Shown piece after piece: positions 37,259 through 45,699 of a stretch of DNA of 64,000 nt. The DNA comes from Isosphaeraceae bacterium (GTDB lineage Bacteria; Planctomycetota; Planctomycetia; Isosphaerales; Isosphaeraceae). The stretch lies in the NCBI GenBank assembly GCA_025356435.1, contig JANXSY010000233.1:7-64006 (forward strand), given 5' to 3'. The translations under genes were made by a program, and so were the position numbers. The notes under the pieces are model-generated. The model was not told the origin of the DNA, ran no database searches, and saw only the letters and a program-made list of their open reading frames with translations. Within the stretch, counting starts at the first letter, position 1. The number at the start of each line of letters is the position of its first letter.

Positions 37259-39082
37259 ATGGTACGTCGCACAACGGGGTCGGGGGCTGTTGGTTCGTCG
37301 ATCTCTCTGCTTGTCGTCGCGCTCGTGGGATGGGCCGGTATCCCAGACCGGGCGGAGGCTCAGCAAACGACGAAGCAGAAGATGGCGAAGCCCGCGACAC
37401 CCGCCAAAGGGGCGGCCACGGCTAAGGGGGCGAACGCGTCGACCGGCTGGACTGTTACCGCCGATCCGCCGGCCGAGCCGATCAAGGTCCCGACCGAGGC
37501 GGGCTATACGATCCCGGTGCCGATGGGGCAGGGGGTTCTCTATCCGCCAACCCCGAGCAACTTCGTAGCCCTCGGGAAGAATGAGAAGGCGAGCGACGTT
37601 CGCCAGGTGTTTGACCTTCGAACGAAGGAAGTGGTCGGCGAGATTGGTGGGAAGCACGACTTCTCCCGCGAGGTCAAGCTCAGTCCCGACGGCCAGTTCC
37701 TCATGACCGAGGGCAAGCCGACAGCCGCGCAGTCGCGATCGATCGAGATCTGGTCGTTCAAAACGGGAGGACTGATCCAGACGATCGTGGCGAGCCCGAC
37801 CCCCGCCTTCATCGGACTTCTCGGCTTCGCCAGGGGGAATCAGGCGGTCACGGCGCGTTATATCGGCAAAGGTGACCTGATTTCGGTCTGGGACGTCGAG
37901 ACGGGCAAGCTCGCCCGCGAGGTGCTCGGCCCGCCGTCGTTCCGCCGAGAGGCAACGGCGATCAGCCCCGGAGGGCGGTATCTGGCGCTGATCTCGAACG
38001 ACCCGAGCCTGGTCGTGTTCGACCTGACGACGGCGAAGAAGGTCGGCGAGAAAGCGCTCCCCAAATCGGGCTCGGGCTACGTGAACCCCGAGGGGCTTAG
38101 CTTCTCGCCCGACGGCAGCGAACTCGCCGGCCTCTTCACGAGCGGGACCGAGTCGAAGCTCTGGGTCTGGGATGTCGCCAAGGGGACGGTCGTGGTCGAT
38201 CACACGTTGAAGGGAAACGTGAAGCTGAACGTGCCGGGCGCGCAGAGCTATAAAGGTCGAGCGATCGAGTGGCTACCCGACGGCAGCGCGTGGCTGCTCA
38301 GCGGCCATACGATCGTCGACCGCGCGGGGGGACGTCCGGTCTGGATCTTTCGATCGGGAGAAGGCGATTTCTACCCCGAGCCGCGTCTCCTGGTCGACAA
38401 CGACCACATGCTCACTGTAGGCGGCCCGACCGACGACCGGAGGCTGGAGGTCGTCGCTCTGCCGTGGAAGCAAGTTGACGCGGCGTTGAAGGCGATCGAG
38501 GCGAAATCGCCGGCCTATATCTGCCCCGGCCAGCCCGTCAGCCTCAAGATAGATATCGGGGACGTCCGGTTCGGCTCGGCCGACGAGACCCACGCCGGGA
38601 TCACCAAGACGCTGGTCGAACGGCTCCAGTCCGAGGGAATCCCGGTCGCGGAGGGGCAGTCTGCCGTCCTCCACATCCGCTACGGCGAGGCGGCCGGCGA
38701 GACTTTACGCGAGATGAAGAGCAAAGGCCCACTCCCGGGTTTCGGGGGCACGCCGACCGGCCGGACGATCCAGGCCACGAAGGCCCTCTGTTCGATCTCC
38801 TGGGAACTGGAAGGGCAGAAGACGCCGATCTGGGCCGAAAAACTCGACTTCGACCCCACCAACCTCATGGTGTCGGGCGAGGCCACCGACGCCAAGGCCC
38901 GCGAGAGCGCGTTCGGCGTGCTGAAGTTACGGCTCGCGGGCGTGCCGCTCCCTTACTTCGTCCCCAAATTCAGCTCGCTCAGCACCCTGCCGGGCGTCAC
39001 CGTGCTGAGCACGGCCAAGGGGAAACCGGTCAACAAGGCGACGACCAAGCCGACCACGCGGGGGAAGGCGAAGACCCCGTAA
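37259..39082 (+). CDS. secreted WD40/PD40-like beta-propeller repeat protein
   Basis: Signal peptide after the ATG at 37259. Repeats such as LSPDGQFLMTEG, SVWDVETGKLAREV, ISPGGRYLALIS and LSFSPDGSELAGLF...LWVWDVAKG. Confidence 0.75.
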   Translation: MVRRTTGSGAVGSSISLLVVALVGWAGIPDRAEAQQTTKQKMAKPATPAKGAATAKGANASTGWTVTADPPAEPIKVPTEAGYTIPVPMGQGVLYPPTPSNFVALGKNEKASDVRQVFDLRTKEVVGEIGGKHDFSREVKLSPDGQFLMTEGKPTAAQSRSIEIWSFKTGGLIQTIVASPTPAFIGLLGFARGNQAVTARYIGKGDLISVWDVETGKLAREVLGPPSFRREATAISPGGRYLALISNDPSLVVFDLTTAKKVGEKALPKSGSGYVNPEGLSFSPDGSELAGLFTSGTESKLWVWDVAKGTVVVDHTLKGNVKLNVPGAQSYKGRAIEWLPDGSAWLLSGHTIVDRAGGRPVWIFRSGEGDFYPEPRLLVDNDHMLTVGGPTDDRRLEVVALPWKQVDAALKAIEAKSPAYICPGQPVSLKIDIGDVRFGSADETHAGITKTLVERLQSEGIPVAEGQSAVLHIRYGEAAGETLREMKSKGPLPGFGGTPTGRTIQATKALCSISWELEGQKTPIWAEKLDFDPTNLMVSGEATDAKARESAFGVLKLRLAGVPLPYFVPKFSSLSTLPGVTVLSTAKGKPVNKATTKPTTRGKAKTP

Positions 39083-39170
39083 GGGTCGTCCGCCGTTCGC
39101 GATTCCAGAGCGCATACTTGGTCGGATTCGATCGATGAGACCGACTCCGATCCGCGTCAAAGGAATCACG

Positions 39171-39506
39171 ATGAAAAACGTCTTCCCGCTGCTCCTGCTG
39201 ATGGCGGCCCCGGCCGCCGCGCAGGACTTTCGGTCCGCTTGCTGCGAAGGTCGCGGAAACGTCAGTTATTGGCCCGGGGTCTGCCAGGCCCGCTACGAGG
39301 CGTCGCTCTGCCCGGCCGAACTGATGTCGCTGATCGACCGTCAGCAGATGGCGCTCACCTATCAAAGCCCCACCGTGAAGTTTCAGCCCTTATCAAGCGG
39401 CTACCAGACGGTCCCCGCTCGGTCGGCTTCGGCCCCGCTGGCACCGATGATGCCGCTCCCGAGTCAGACTTCGCCGTTCCGCCCCGAGGGAACGAGGGAC
39501 CGATAG
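39171..39506 (+). CDS. small secreted Cys-containing hypothetical protein
   Basis: MKNVFPLLLLMAAPAAAQD signal peptide, then four Cys (CCEGRGNVSYWPGVCQARYEASLC). Confidence 0.55.
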   Translation: MKNVFPLLLLMAAPAAAQDFRSACCEGRGNVSYWPGVCQARYEASLCPAELMSLIDRQQMALTYQSPTVKFQPLSSGYQTVPARSASAPLAPMMPLPSQTSPFRPEGTRDR

Positions 39507-39531
39507 CGTCCGTCGCGGGCCGTTCGTCATC

Positions 39532-39863
39532 CTCATTCCATCGGGGGCAATCCAAGAGCAATCTTGTCGATCGCCTCGTCGCCCTGGTTCATGACATTCC
39601 CGACCGCCTCGGTCTCCGGGATGAACAGGGGGACGAACTTGCAGAGCGAGATGTCGTTCTGGGCGTGTTGAAACGCATCATGATCCCGGCGACTACCAAG
39701 ATCCAGAATCGATAGAGGGGAGTTGGCTTGACCGGCTCAATGGCCTCTTCAAAGGCCTTGAGCATCTGCGCGGACCAACTCAAATTCATCGACGATTTCA
39801 ATCCCGTCGTCGCCGGTCGCGACGTTCACCGCGTCCTTGCAGTTCGGGTACCGGTCCCCCACC
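39532..39863 (-). pseudogene. remnant of a gene of about 110 codons broken into three frames, immediately downstream of the Rrf2 gene
   Basis: GC3-rich segments (V)GDRYPNCKDAVNVATGDDGIEIVDE / SAQMLKAFEEAIEPVKPTPLYRFWILVVAG (part of track ORF 39589-39801) / DHDAFQHAQNDISLCKFVPLFIPETEAVGNVMNQGDEAIDKIALGLPPME lie consecutively in different frames. Confidence 0.35.
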
Positions 39864-39869
39864 CGCCGC

Positions 39870-40325
39870 TCAACTCACCCCGATGATTTCTCGGGGCCGG
39901 GGCGGGAAGTCGCAGAGGGGGACGCTCGTCGTCGGCTCGGCGAGCACCTCGGCCAGAGTCGACTTGCTGAACGCATCCTCAACCATCGCCAGGGCATCAT
40001 CCAGCCGCCGGTGCAGGGGACAGAGATTGATCCCGTGCGACGCAAGGCCAAGCGGGCATTCCTTGATCCGACCGATCGGTTCGACAGCATTTACCACTTC
40101 CAGGATCGTCAGCGACTCCGGAGACCGGGTCAGCGTCATCCCCCCTCCAAGCCCCCGCTGCGAATGGACGAGGCCCGCCCGGCCCAATCCCTGAAGCACC
40201 TTCGATAGATAAGCCTTCGGGACACGAGTCGCCAACGCGATCTGATCCGTCGTCCGGGGCAACGGCGCTTCCCCGGCAAGGTAGATCGCGGCCCGGAGTG
40301 CGTATTCGACGGTCTTTGAGAACAT
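39870..40325 (-). CDS. Rrf2-family transcriptional regulator
   Basis: MFSKTVEYALRAAIYLAGEAPLPRTTDQIALATRVPKAYLSKVLQGLGRAGLVHSQRGLGGG is the Rrf2 wHTH. Candidate ligand segment KECPLGLASHGINLCPLH. Start at the internal ATG 40323-40325. Confidence 0.9.
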   Translation of the reverse strand: MFSKTVEYALRAAIYLAGEAPLPRTTDQIALATRVPKAYLSKVLQGLGRAGLVHSQRGLGGGMTLTRSPESLTILEVVNAVEPIGRIKECPLGLASHGINLCPLHRRLDDALAMVEDAFSKSTLAEVLAEPTTSVPLCDFPPRPREIIGVS

Positions 40326-40353
40326 GAACGATCCTTTTTCGATAAATTGGACC

Positions 40354-40391
40354 TTGACATCCAGTTTGACAACGTTATCTTCTCTTAAGAG
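40354..40391 (+). promoter_or_regulatory. candidate sigma-70 promoter plus a 10-bp perfect palindrome (possible Rrf2 operator)
   Basis: TTGACA (40354-40359), N16, TATCTT (40376-40381), immediately followed by CTCTTAAGAG (40382-40391). A second TTGACA is at 40366. Confidence 0.4.
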
Positions 40392-40459
40392 GACAATTTG
40401 ATCCAATTGTCTTCTTTGGTGAACAGGTCGTCAAGTCACACTGGATGGAGGGCAGGTCA

Positions 40460-41116
40460 ATGCGTCGGATCGACGAAGCGCGTCTGGAGTTGGATCTTGA
40501 GTATCGGTTCAGCTATCTCACCGAGTTCATGGGGTTCGGCCAGGCCGACATCGACGCGATCCATGGAGCGGCCGCCCACCTCGCCCCTCTGGTTCCGTCG
40601 TTGGTGGATGCGATCTATGAGAAGCTCCACACCTATGACGCGACCTGGAGGCACTTCGTTCCGCGCCAGTCGGGATATGTAGGGGAGGTTCCTGACCGGT
40701 TGGAGGATCTGTCGATCGACCACGATCAGATCAAGTTCCGCAAAGGGCACCTCGGCCGATACCTTGAAGCCCTGGTGACGCGGCCTTACGACCAGAAGAT
40801 GATGTACTACCTCGACATGGTCGGCAAGATGCACACCCCCAAGGCCGGCTCCGCAGACCTTGACGTGCCGCTGGTGCAGATGAACGTCTTGATGGGTTTC
40901 GTGGCCGACACGTTCAACGGCGTCATCTTCGGGCTTAACCTGCCGCGTGAGGTGGAGATGCAGACGCTTCGTGCGTTTAGCAAGTTGCTCTGGATTCAGA
41001 ATGATCTGATTTCGCGGCACTACCAGGCGACTTCTTCGGAGCTTGCTCTGGCGTCATCGGGAGATCATCGTCCCCAGGTTGGCCTGTCTCGGAACCAGGC
41101 GAGTACGACCTTATGA
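40460..41116 (+). CDS. protoglobin-family (globin-coupled-sensor-like) single-domain haem protein
   Basis: MRRIDEARLELDLEYRFSYLTEFMGFGQADIDAIHGAAAHLAPLVPSLVDAIYEKL...IKFRKGHLGRYLEAL...LWIQNDLISRHY matches the protoglobin pattern. GGAGGG lies 7 nt before the ATG at 40460. Confidence 0.8.
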   Translation: MRRIDEARLELDLEYRFSYLTEFMGFGQADIDAIHGAAAHLAPLVPSLVDAIYEKLHTYDATWRHFVPRQSGYVGEVPDRLEDLSIDHDQIKFRKGHLGRYLEALVTRPYDQKMMYYLDMVGKMHTPKAGSADLDVPLVQMNVLMGFVADTFNGVIFGLNLPREVEMQTLRAFSKLLWIQNDLISRHYQATSSELALASSGDHRPQVGLSRNQASTTL

Positions 41117-42102
41117 CGGTGGCAGAACAACCCCTGGCGGCGGAGGACGATCATCGCGGTGTAGAGGAAGATCACCCAGTAGAGCCAGATGAAGATCACG
41201 CTGAGCAAAGAGTTGTTCACCATCTGGATCAGAGCGTGCAGGCCACCCATCCCCAGAATGAACCCCGCGCCGAGGAGGCTGATGCCGACGTAATCCCAAC
41301 CGACGCGGATGATGGCGGGAAGGACGGTGATCGGGTTGGCGGCGAACGGGTCGTCGTGAAGCAGGGTGGCGAGCAGAGCCATCTGGGCATAGGCTGCGCC
41401 CAGGGCCGTGAGGTTCAGGAGCATCAGGCGGTCGACCCAGTCGATCTCACCACAGTTGATCCAGTAGGCCACGGCCGGAACGAACCCGATCGCGAACCCC
41501 ATCAGGAACGCCCAGAACCATCGGCCGAGGACGCGGAAGATGCTGCCGTCTTGCAGATTCGGGGCTCGGGGGGGCAAGGGCTCGCCGAAGGCGCTGGATG
41601 TGAGAACGTGACTCATAAAGGCAAGCGTATACCCGCCGATCGCGGCACAGCCGAGCGTGGTGGGTATGAGCAAGATCAGCGATGCGATACTGAACGGCGT
41701 ACCTCCCGAGAAGATTCCCAGGAGGAACGTCAACGGTGAGGAGACGATCGCCAACAGAGGTGGCAGGAAAATCAGGATTGCGACGCTCGACCAGCTCCAG
41801 AGCGGATATGCGAGGCTCTCGCGAAACCTCTTCTCCAGCCGTTTCGGTGCCTTCAGAGGGCCGTGATCGGCCGGGATGGCCAGGCGTTTGACGCCACGGC
41901 GAGACGGGGATTCGAGGGTTGGGCTCGCGTGGAATGAGGGCCGGGAGATCGTCGCTTCGGGCGGGTCTGTCGGCGTCGTGGTGAAATCCTCGGGCACGCG
42001 GAGGAGCGAGCCGCATCGGGGGCACTTCCCCACACGCCCCGGCCTTGCCCCGGCCGCTTTGAGCGTCATCCCGCAAGAGCAGACAAGCGTCGTCATGCTC
42101 AT
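41065..42102 (-). CDS. zinc-ribbon-containing polytopic membrane protein (hypothetical)
   Basis: ORF track 345 aa. N-terminal CSCG...CPRCG ribbon, a Pro/Ser linker, then about 6 TM helices. Confidence 0.65.
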   Translation of the reverse strand: MSMTTLVCSCGMTLKAAGARPGRVGKCPRCGSLLRVPEDFTTTPTDPPEATISRPSFHASPTLESPSRRGVKRLAIPADHGPLKAPKRLEKRFRESLAYPLWSWSSVAILIFLPPLLAIVSSPLTFLLGIFSGGTPFSIASLILLIPTTLGCAAIGGYTLAFMSHVLTSSAFGEPLPPRAPNLQDGSIFRVLGRWFWAFLMGFAIGFVPAVAYWINCGEIDWVDRLMLLNLTALGAAYAQMALLATLLHDDPFAANPITVLPAIIRVGWDYVGISLLGAGFILGMGGLHALIQMVNNSLLSVIFIWLYWVIFLYTAMIVLRRQGLFCHRHKVVLAWFRDRPTWGR

Positions 42103-42193
42103 GCAATGGTCCCGAAGTCGTCGAACGAAAAGGCCCTCCCCCGCGACTGGGGAAGGGAGGGCCTGAGGGCTGCGACGTATCGTGAGCGACGTC

Positions 42194-43516
42194 TCACTTG
42201 GCCGCCGTCCGGACGGGGGCGAGGGCCGACTTCGGCGCTTTCAGGGTCTTGAGGAAGGACAGGACCTCGTCCTGCTCGCTCGATTTCAGGGCTTTGAAGT
42301 TCGCAGTGACGTTGGACGCCTCGCCGGCATGGGCGAGGATGGCCTCGTTCAGGGTCTCGGCGCGGCCGTCGTGGAGGTAGGGGGCAGAGTCGGCGACGCC
42401 CCAGAGCGGGGTGGTCTTCCACTCCGACGCGACCGGGACTGTCGTCGATCCGGGCGGGGTGACAGCCTCGCCGTAGGAGCCGGTCCCCCCGGCGAGCACG
42501 CCGCCGAGATCGTGGAGCAGGAGGTTCGAATAGAACCCCTTGATCGGGCCGAGGTCAGGCGTGTGACAGTCGGCACAGCCGATCTGGGCGAACGCTTTCT
42601 CGCCCCGCTCGACATGGGCCAGTGTCTGCGGATCGGCCGGTTTGACCTGCGTCGGGGCGTCGAGGGCACGGATGAAGTCGGTCATCGAGGCGCACTGGGC
42701 CTCGCTCAGGTCAACGCCCGGCTCCTTGTAACCGCGACGCGGCATGGGCGTCGCCTGTGGACGGCCGGGGTTGGAGAGCCCTAGTTCGTTGGCGCAGGCG
42801 GCCTTGACGAACTCGTTGAGCGTCGCGAACTCGGCCTTCCAGCCGAACCGACCCAATCGCCCGTCCGGGAGCCGCCCGACGCGACCGCGGATGTTGGAGT
42901 CCTTCGCCCGGCTCAGGCCGACGAGCCTCGCGGCGGTCGAGTTCCTGCGCTGCTCGCGGTGGAGTTCGTCTTCGGGGATCAGGTCGAGGAGGCCGTCGCC
43001 GAACAGGGCGGGGGTGTTCCGTTGCGTGATCGAGACGCCCGCCGGGATCGTGCAGATGAAGTTGGGGTCGATCAGGCGATCAAGCTCGATCCGGGGCGTG
43101 CCGGGGAGCGAGCTGAGCACATGGGCGAGGCTTTCCTGATACTCGGGCTTCACCGACTTGAGGTGGACGACCCCAATATGCGCGATGCCCTGCGTGGTCG
43201 GCTTTACCTCGGGCTTGAGTCCGTAAACCGTCACGTTCTTGTCGACCGGTCCGCCGCCGCCTGGGCCTCCCTGGCTATGGCACTCGACGCACGAGCGGGC
43301 GTTGAAGACCGGGCCAAGCCCGTCGCCGCCGGCGAGCGGGTCTTTAGGCGTCCACTCATGGTTGAACAGGTCCTTGCCGGCCGCGATCGACTCGGGCTTC
43401 GCGGGTGCCGGGGCCGGGGCCGAACCCCTTGCCCATTCGGCGAGCTTGACAATCGGGGGCAAGGCCAGCGCCAGGACGACCAGATAGGCTGGTCGGATGC
43501 GGGGACGTGCGGCCAT
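42194..43516 (-). CDS. di-heme cytochrome c oxidoreductase/peroxidase-like protein (DUF1111 family), paralogue of 21662-23035
   Basis: ORF track 440 aa. Signal peptide. SCVECHSQGGPGGGG and GCADCHTPDLG haem sites. TPLWGVADSAPYLHDGRAETLNEAI. Confidence 0.85.
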   Translation of the reverse strand: MAARPRIRPAYLVVLALALPPIVKLAEWARGSAPAPAPAKPESIAAGKDLFNHEWTPKDPLAGGDGLGPVFNARSCVECHSQGGPGGGGPVDKNVTVYGLKPEVKPTTQGIAHIGVVHLKSVKPEYQESLAHVLSSLPGTPRIELDRLIDPNFICTIPAGVSITQRNTPALFGDGLLDLIPEDELHREQRRNSTAARLVGLSRAKDSNIRGRVGRLPDGRLGRFGWKAEFATLNEFVKAACANELGLSNPGRPQATPMPRRGYKEPGVDLSEAQCASMTDFIRALDAPTQVKPADPQTLAHVERGEKAFAQIGCADCHTPDLGPIKGFYSNLLLHDLGGVLAGGTGSYGEAVTPPGSTTVPVASEWKTTPLWGVADSAPYLHDGRAETLNEAILAHAGEASNVTANFKALKSSEQDEVLSFLKTLKAPKSALAPVRTAAK

Positions 43517-43746
43517 CGGGCGTTCTCCGTGATTTCAGCCACGTGATGGGGGCGAACGAGATCGGGAATTGCCCCTCGGGGGTGCAATATCTCTGACCGG
43601 GCGACGAATGCCGAATGGCTAACGTTGTGCGGAAGACGTGGAGATCGAGTTTGAAGACGTGCGGCGGCGCGCAACCCGATCCAGGCGGCTGGATGCCGCC
43701 GAGGGTTCCTGGTCGATAGAGACCTCTCCGATCGGACTAGGTTCGA

Positions 43747-44148
43747 TCAGGCGTTGTTCGGGTCCGGCATCTTGGTCATGTCATCAAGGATGGCACGGAC
43801 TTCGCTGGCTTGCTTGGCGTCGAGGGGGTGCGACTTGAGCAGGTGGAGCACTAGAAGGCCCGGCTCGCCCTGATAGAGCTTCTCGACGAGGCTCTTGACC
43901 CGCTTCTGCTGGACTTCGTGAGCTGTGATGGCGGGACGATAGACGAAAGCCAGCTCAGACCGGTCGCTCGTGACGACGCCCTTGGTTTCGAGCCGATCGA
44001 GGAGGGTTGCAACGGTCGCGTACGACCATTCACGCCCGACCAATCGGAGGGATTCAAGCACCTCGCGGACCGTGGCTTTTTCCCGGTCCCAGAGGACTTT
44101 CAGAACATCAAGCTCGGAGTCGGGTATTGTCACGGGTCGCTTGGCCAT
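43747..44148 (-). CDS. BlaI/MecI/CopY-family transcriptional repressor
   Basis: MAKRPVTIPDSELDVLKVLWDREKATVREVLESL...WSYATVATLLDRLETKGVV...FVYRP is the family wHTH. Start at ATG 44146-44148. Confidence 0.9.
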   Translation of the reverse strand: MAKRPVTIPDSELDVLKVLWDREKATVREVLESLRLVGREWSYATVATLLDRLETKGVVTSDRSELAFVYRPAITAHEVQQKRVKSLVEKLYQGEPGLLVLHLLKSHPLDAKQASEVRAILDDMTKMPDPNNA

Positions 44149-44247
44149 GGGCGGTCGTCTCATCTCGGGTCATAGGGGTATTCACGCGGGGCCAACCGAC
44201 GCGAACGGCAACCGGGTTGACCGTAATCCCCGGCTAACGTATCCTAA

Positions 44248-44291
44248 GACAACTGTCGTCACGTCGTCAAGTCCCCAATCGGACATTTGTC
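44248..44291. promoter_or_regulatory. two GACAnnTGTC dyads (cop-box/bla-operator-like) in the divergent intergenic region
   Basis: GACAACTGTC at 44248-44257 and GACATTTGTC at 44282-44291, with centres 34 bp apart. They lie between the BlaI-like gene and the M48 peptidase gene. Confidence 0.5.
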
Positions 44292-44338
44292 TGAAATTCG
44301 TCCGAGACGCGGGAAGCCGTGGCGAGGGAGTCGGGTCG

Positions 44339-45571
44339 ATGGGCGATGGCGAGGTCCCGCGTGGGTTGCCATGTCCGAGGTGCGGGAAGGGCCTTGAGCC
44401 GCTGGGTGGTCCCGCGCCTGGCGCGGTCGGACACCGCCTGCTCTGTCGGTCCTGCGGCGAGGTTTTTCGGGCGCGTCGACGCGGCGGCGATGCCCCGAAG
44501 CGTGTTGCCGAGCCGAAGCCGCTCGGAGACCTCTCGCTTCGCTGGCGGTCGCTGGCGGTGCGGATGCTCTCGCGGATCTACCCGACGGGCGTTGTCCTTG
44601 GCGCGGCGGTGATGCTGCCGCTAGGCGGTTTCATCCCGGTGATCCGGGGCTGGCTTCGCGACGAGGTGACGGATTGGGGCGGGGTGGTCGAGGCGCTCGG
44701 CGGAACCAGGATCATCACCGCGACCCGCGACCCTGACGCCGACCTCGGCCCCGTGCTTGTCCGGCTCGACGCCCCGACGCTCTTCCAGGAGGTTAACCTC
44801 GTCGCGAGGCGTCTGGGAGTCAAGCCTCCCGACCAGATCCGGCTCGCCTATCTGCCTTGCTGCGGCGTGGTGGGCTGGCGTCGGTCGCGGATCTTGCTCA
44901 TCGGCCTCCCGCTGCTCCAGGTGCTGAACATCGCTGAATTGCGGGCCGTGATCGCCCACGAGCTAGCGCACCTCGCGAGGGGCGACGTCTCGCACTCGAC
45001 CGGTGCGTCACGGTTCGTCGAAGGGCTGGGCCAGGCGATCGAGAGATCAGAGGGGCGGCTACGCGGCCCGCTCAGCCTCTGGACACGTGTGTGCTGGCGG
45101 GCGGCCAACCGCTGCGAGACCCCCATCGCTCGCGGCCAGGAAGCCCGCGCCGACCGCACTTCCGCCGCGATTGCCGGGGGAGGCGCGGCGGCGTCGGCCC
45201 TCGTGAAGGTGGCGATGATCCAGCCCCTCTTTCGCGAGGTTCTCGATCGCCACGACCCTGATCGCGACGACCTCCCCAACCTCTATGCGTTCTTCCGCGC
45301 CTTCTGGCGATGTCTTCCGAATGAGATGCGCGAGGCCATGCGGCTCCAGATTCTCGTCGACGGCACGCCCCTGACCGACTCTCCGCATCCCGCCCTCCCC
45401 GACCGCCTTGCCGTGCTCCAGACGTTCCCCGAGCAGCACGAACCGGCCAGCGACCGCAGCCCGGCGTCGACCCTCATCGGCGACCTCGAAGCCTTCGAGC
45501 AGCTCCTTCATAACCGCCTTTTCGGGGAGATGACGCTCGAAACCAGCGTGTTTCACCGGTTGAGAGGCTAG
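44339..45571 (+). CDS. M48/M56-type zinc metallopeptidase with N-terminal zinc ribbon (BlaR1-like signal-transducer candidate)
   Basis: In frame with track ORF 43970-45571, from MGDGEVPRGLPCPRCGKGLE...CRSCGEVF. TM segment. HEXXH as VIAHELAHLARGD. Confidence 0.75.
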   Translation: MGDGEVPRGLPCPRCGKGLEPLGGPAPGAVGHRLLCRSCGEVFRARRRGGDAPKRVAEPKPLGDLSLRWRSLAVRMLSRIYPTGVVLGAAVMLPLGGFIPVIRGWLRDEVTDWGGVVEALGGTRIITATRDPDADLGPVLVRLDAPTLFQEVNLVARRLGVKPPDQIRLAYLPCCGVVGWRRSRILLIGLPLLQVLNIAELRAVIAHELAHLARGDVSHSTGASRFVEGLGQAIERSEGRLRGPLSLWTRVCWRAANRCETPIARGQEARADRTSAAIAGGGAAASALVKVAMIQPLFREVLDRHDPDRDDLPNLYAFFRAFWRCLPNEMREAMRLQILVDGTPLTDSPHPALPDRLAVLQTFPEQHEPASDRSPASTLIGDLEAFEQLLHNRLFGEMTLETSVFHRLRG

Positions 45572-45699
45572 CCCAGATCTCGCGGCGTTGAAAATTGGAG
45601 ACAAGACTACACATTTGTGGTTTTCCGATGACCGATGTCGTACCGTCTTTGACGTCGACATTTTTAATCGAGCCAAACCAACCGGAAAGGCAGCGATCG

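Noticed and set aside
35888-38203. 384-aa plus-strand and 365-aa minus-strand ORFs
   Set aside because: They are antisense to the DUF1559 gene and the WD40-like gene respectively, with an Arg/Gly/Asp-rich composition.
43577-43592. Sigma-54-like GGTCAG-AGATA-TTGCA upstream of the 42194-43516 di-heme gene (minus strand)
   Set aside because: The spacing between GG and GC is 11 nt rather than 10, and the -24 half is poor. A similar element upstream of the BON gene (about 60921-60936) has the same off-by-one spacing.
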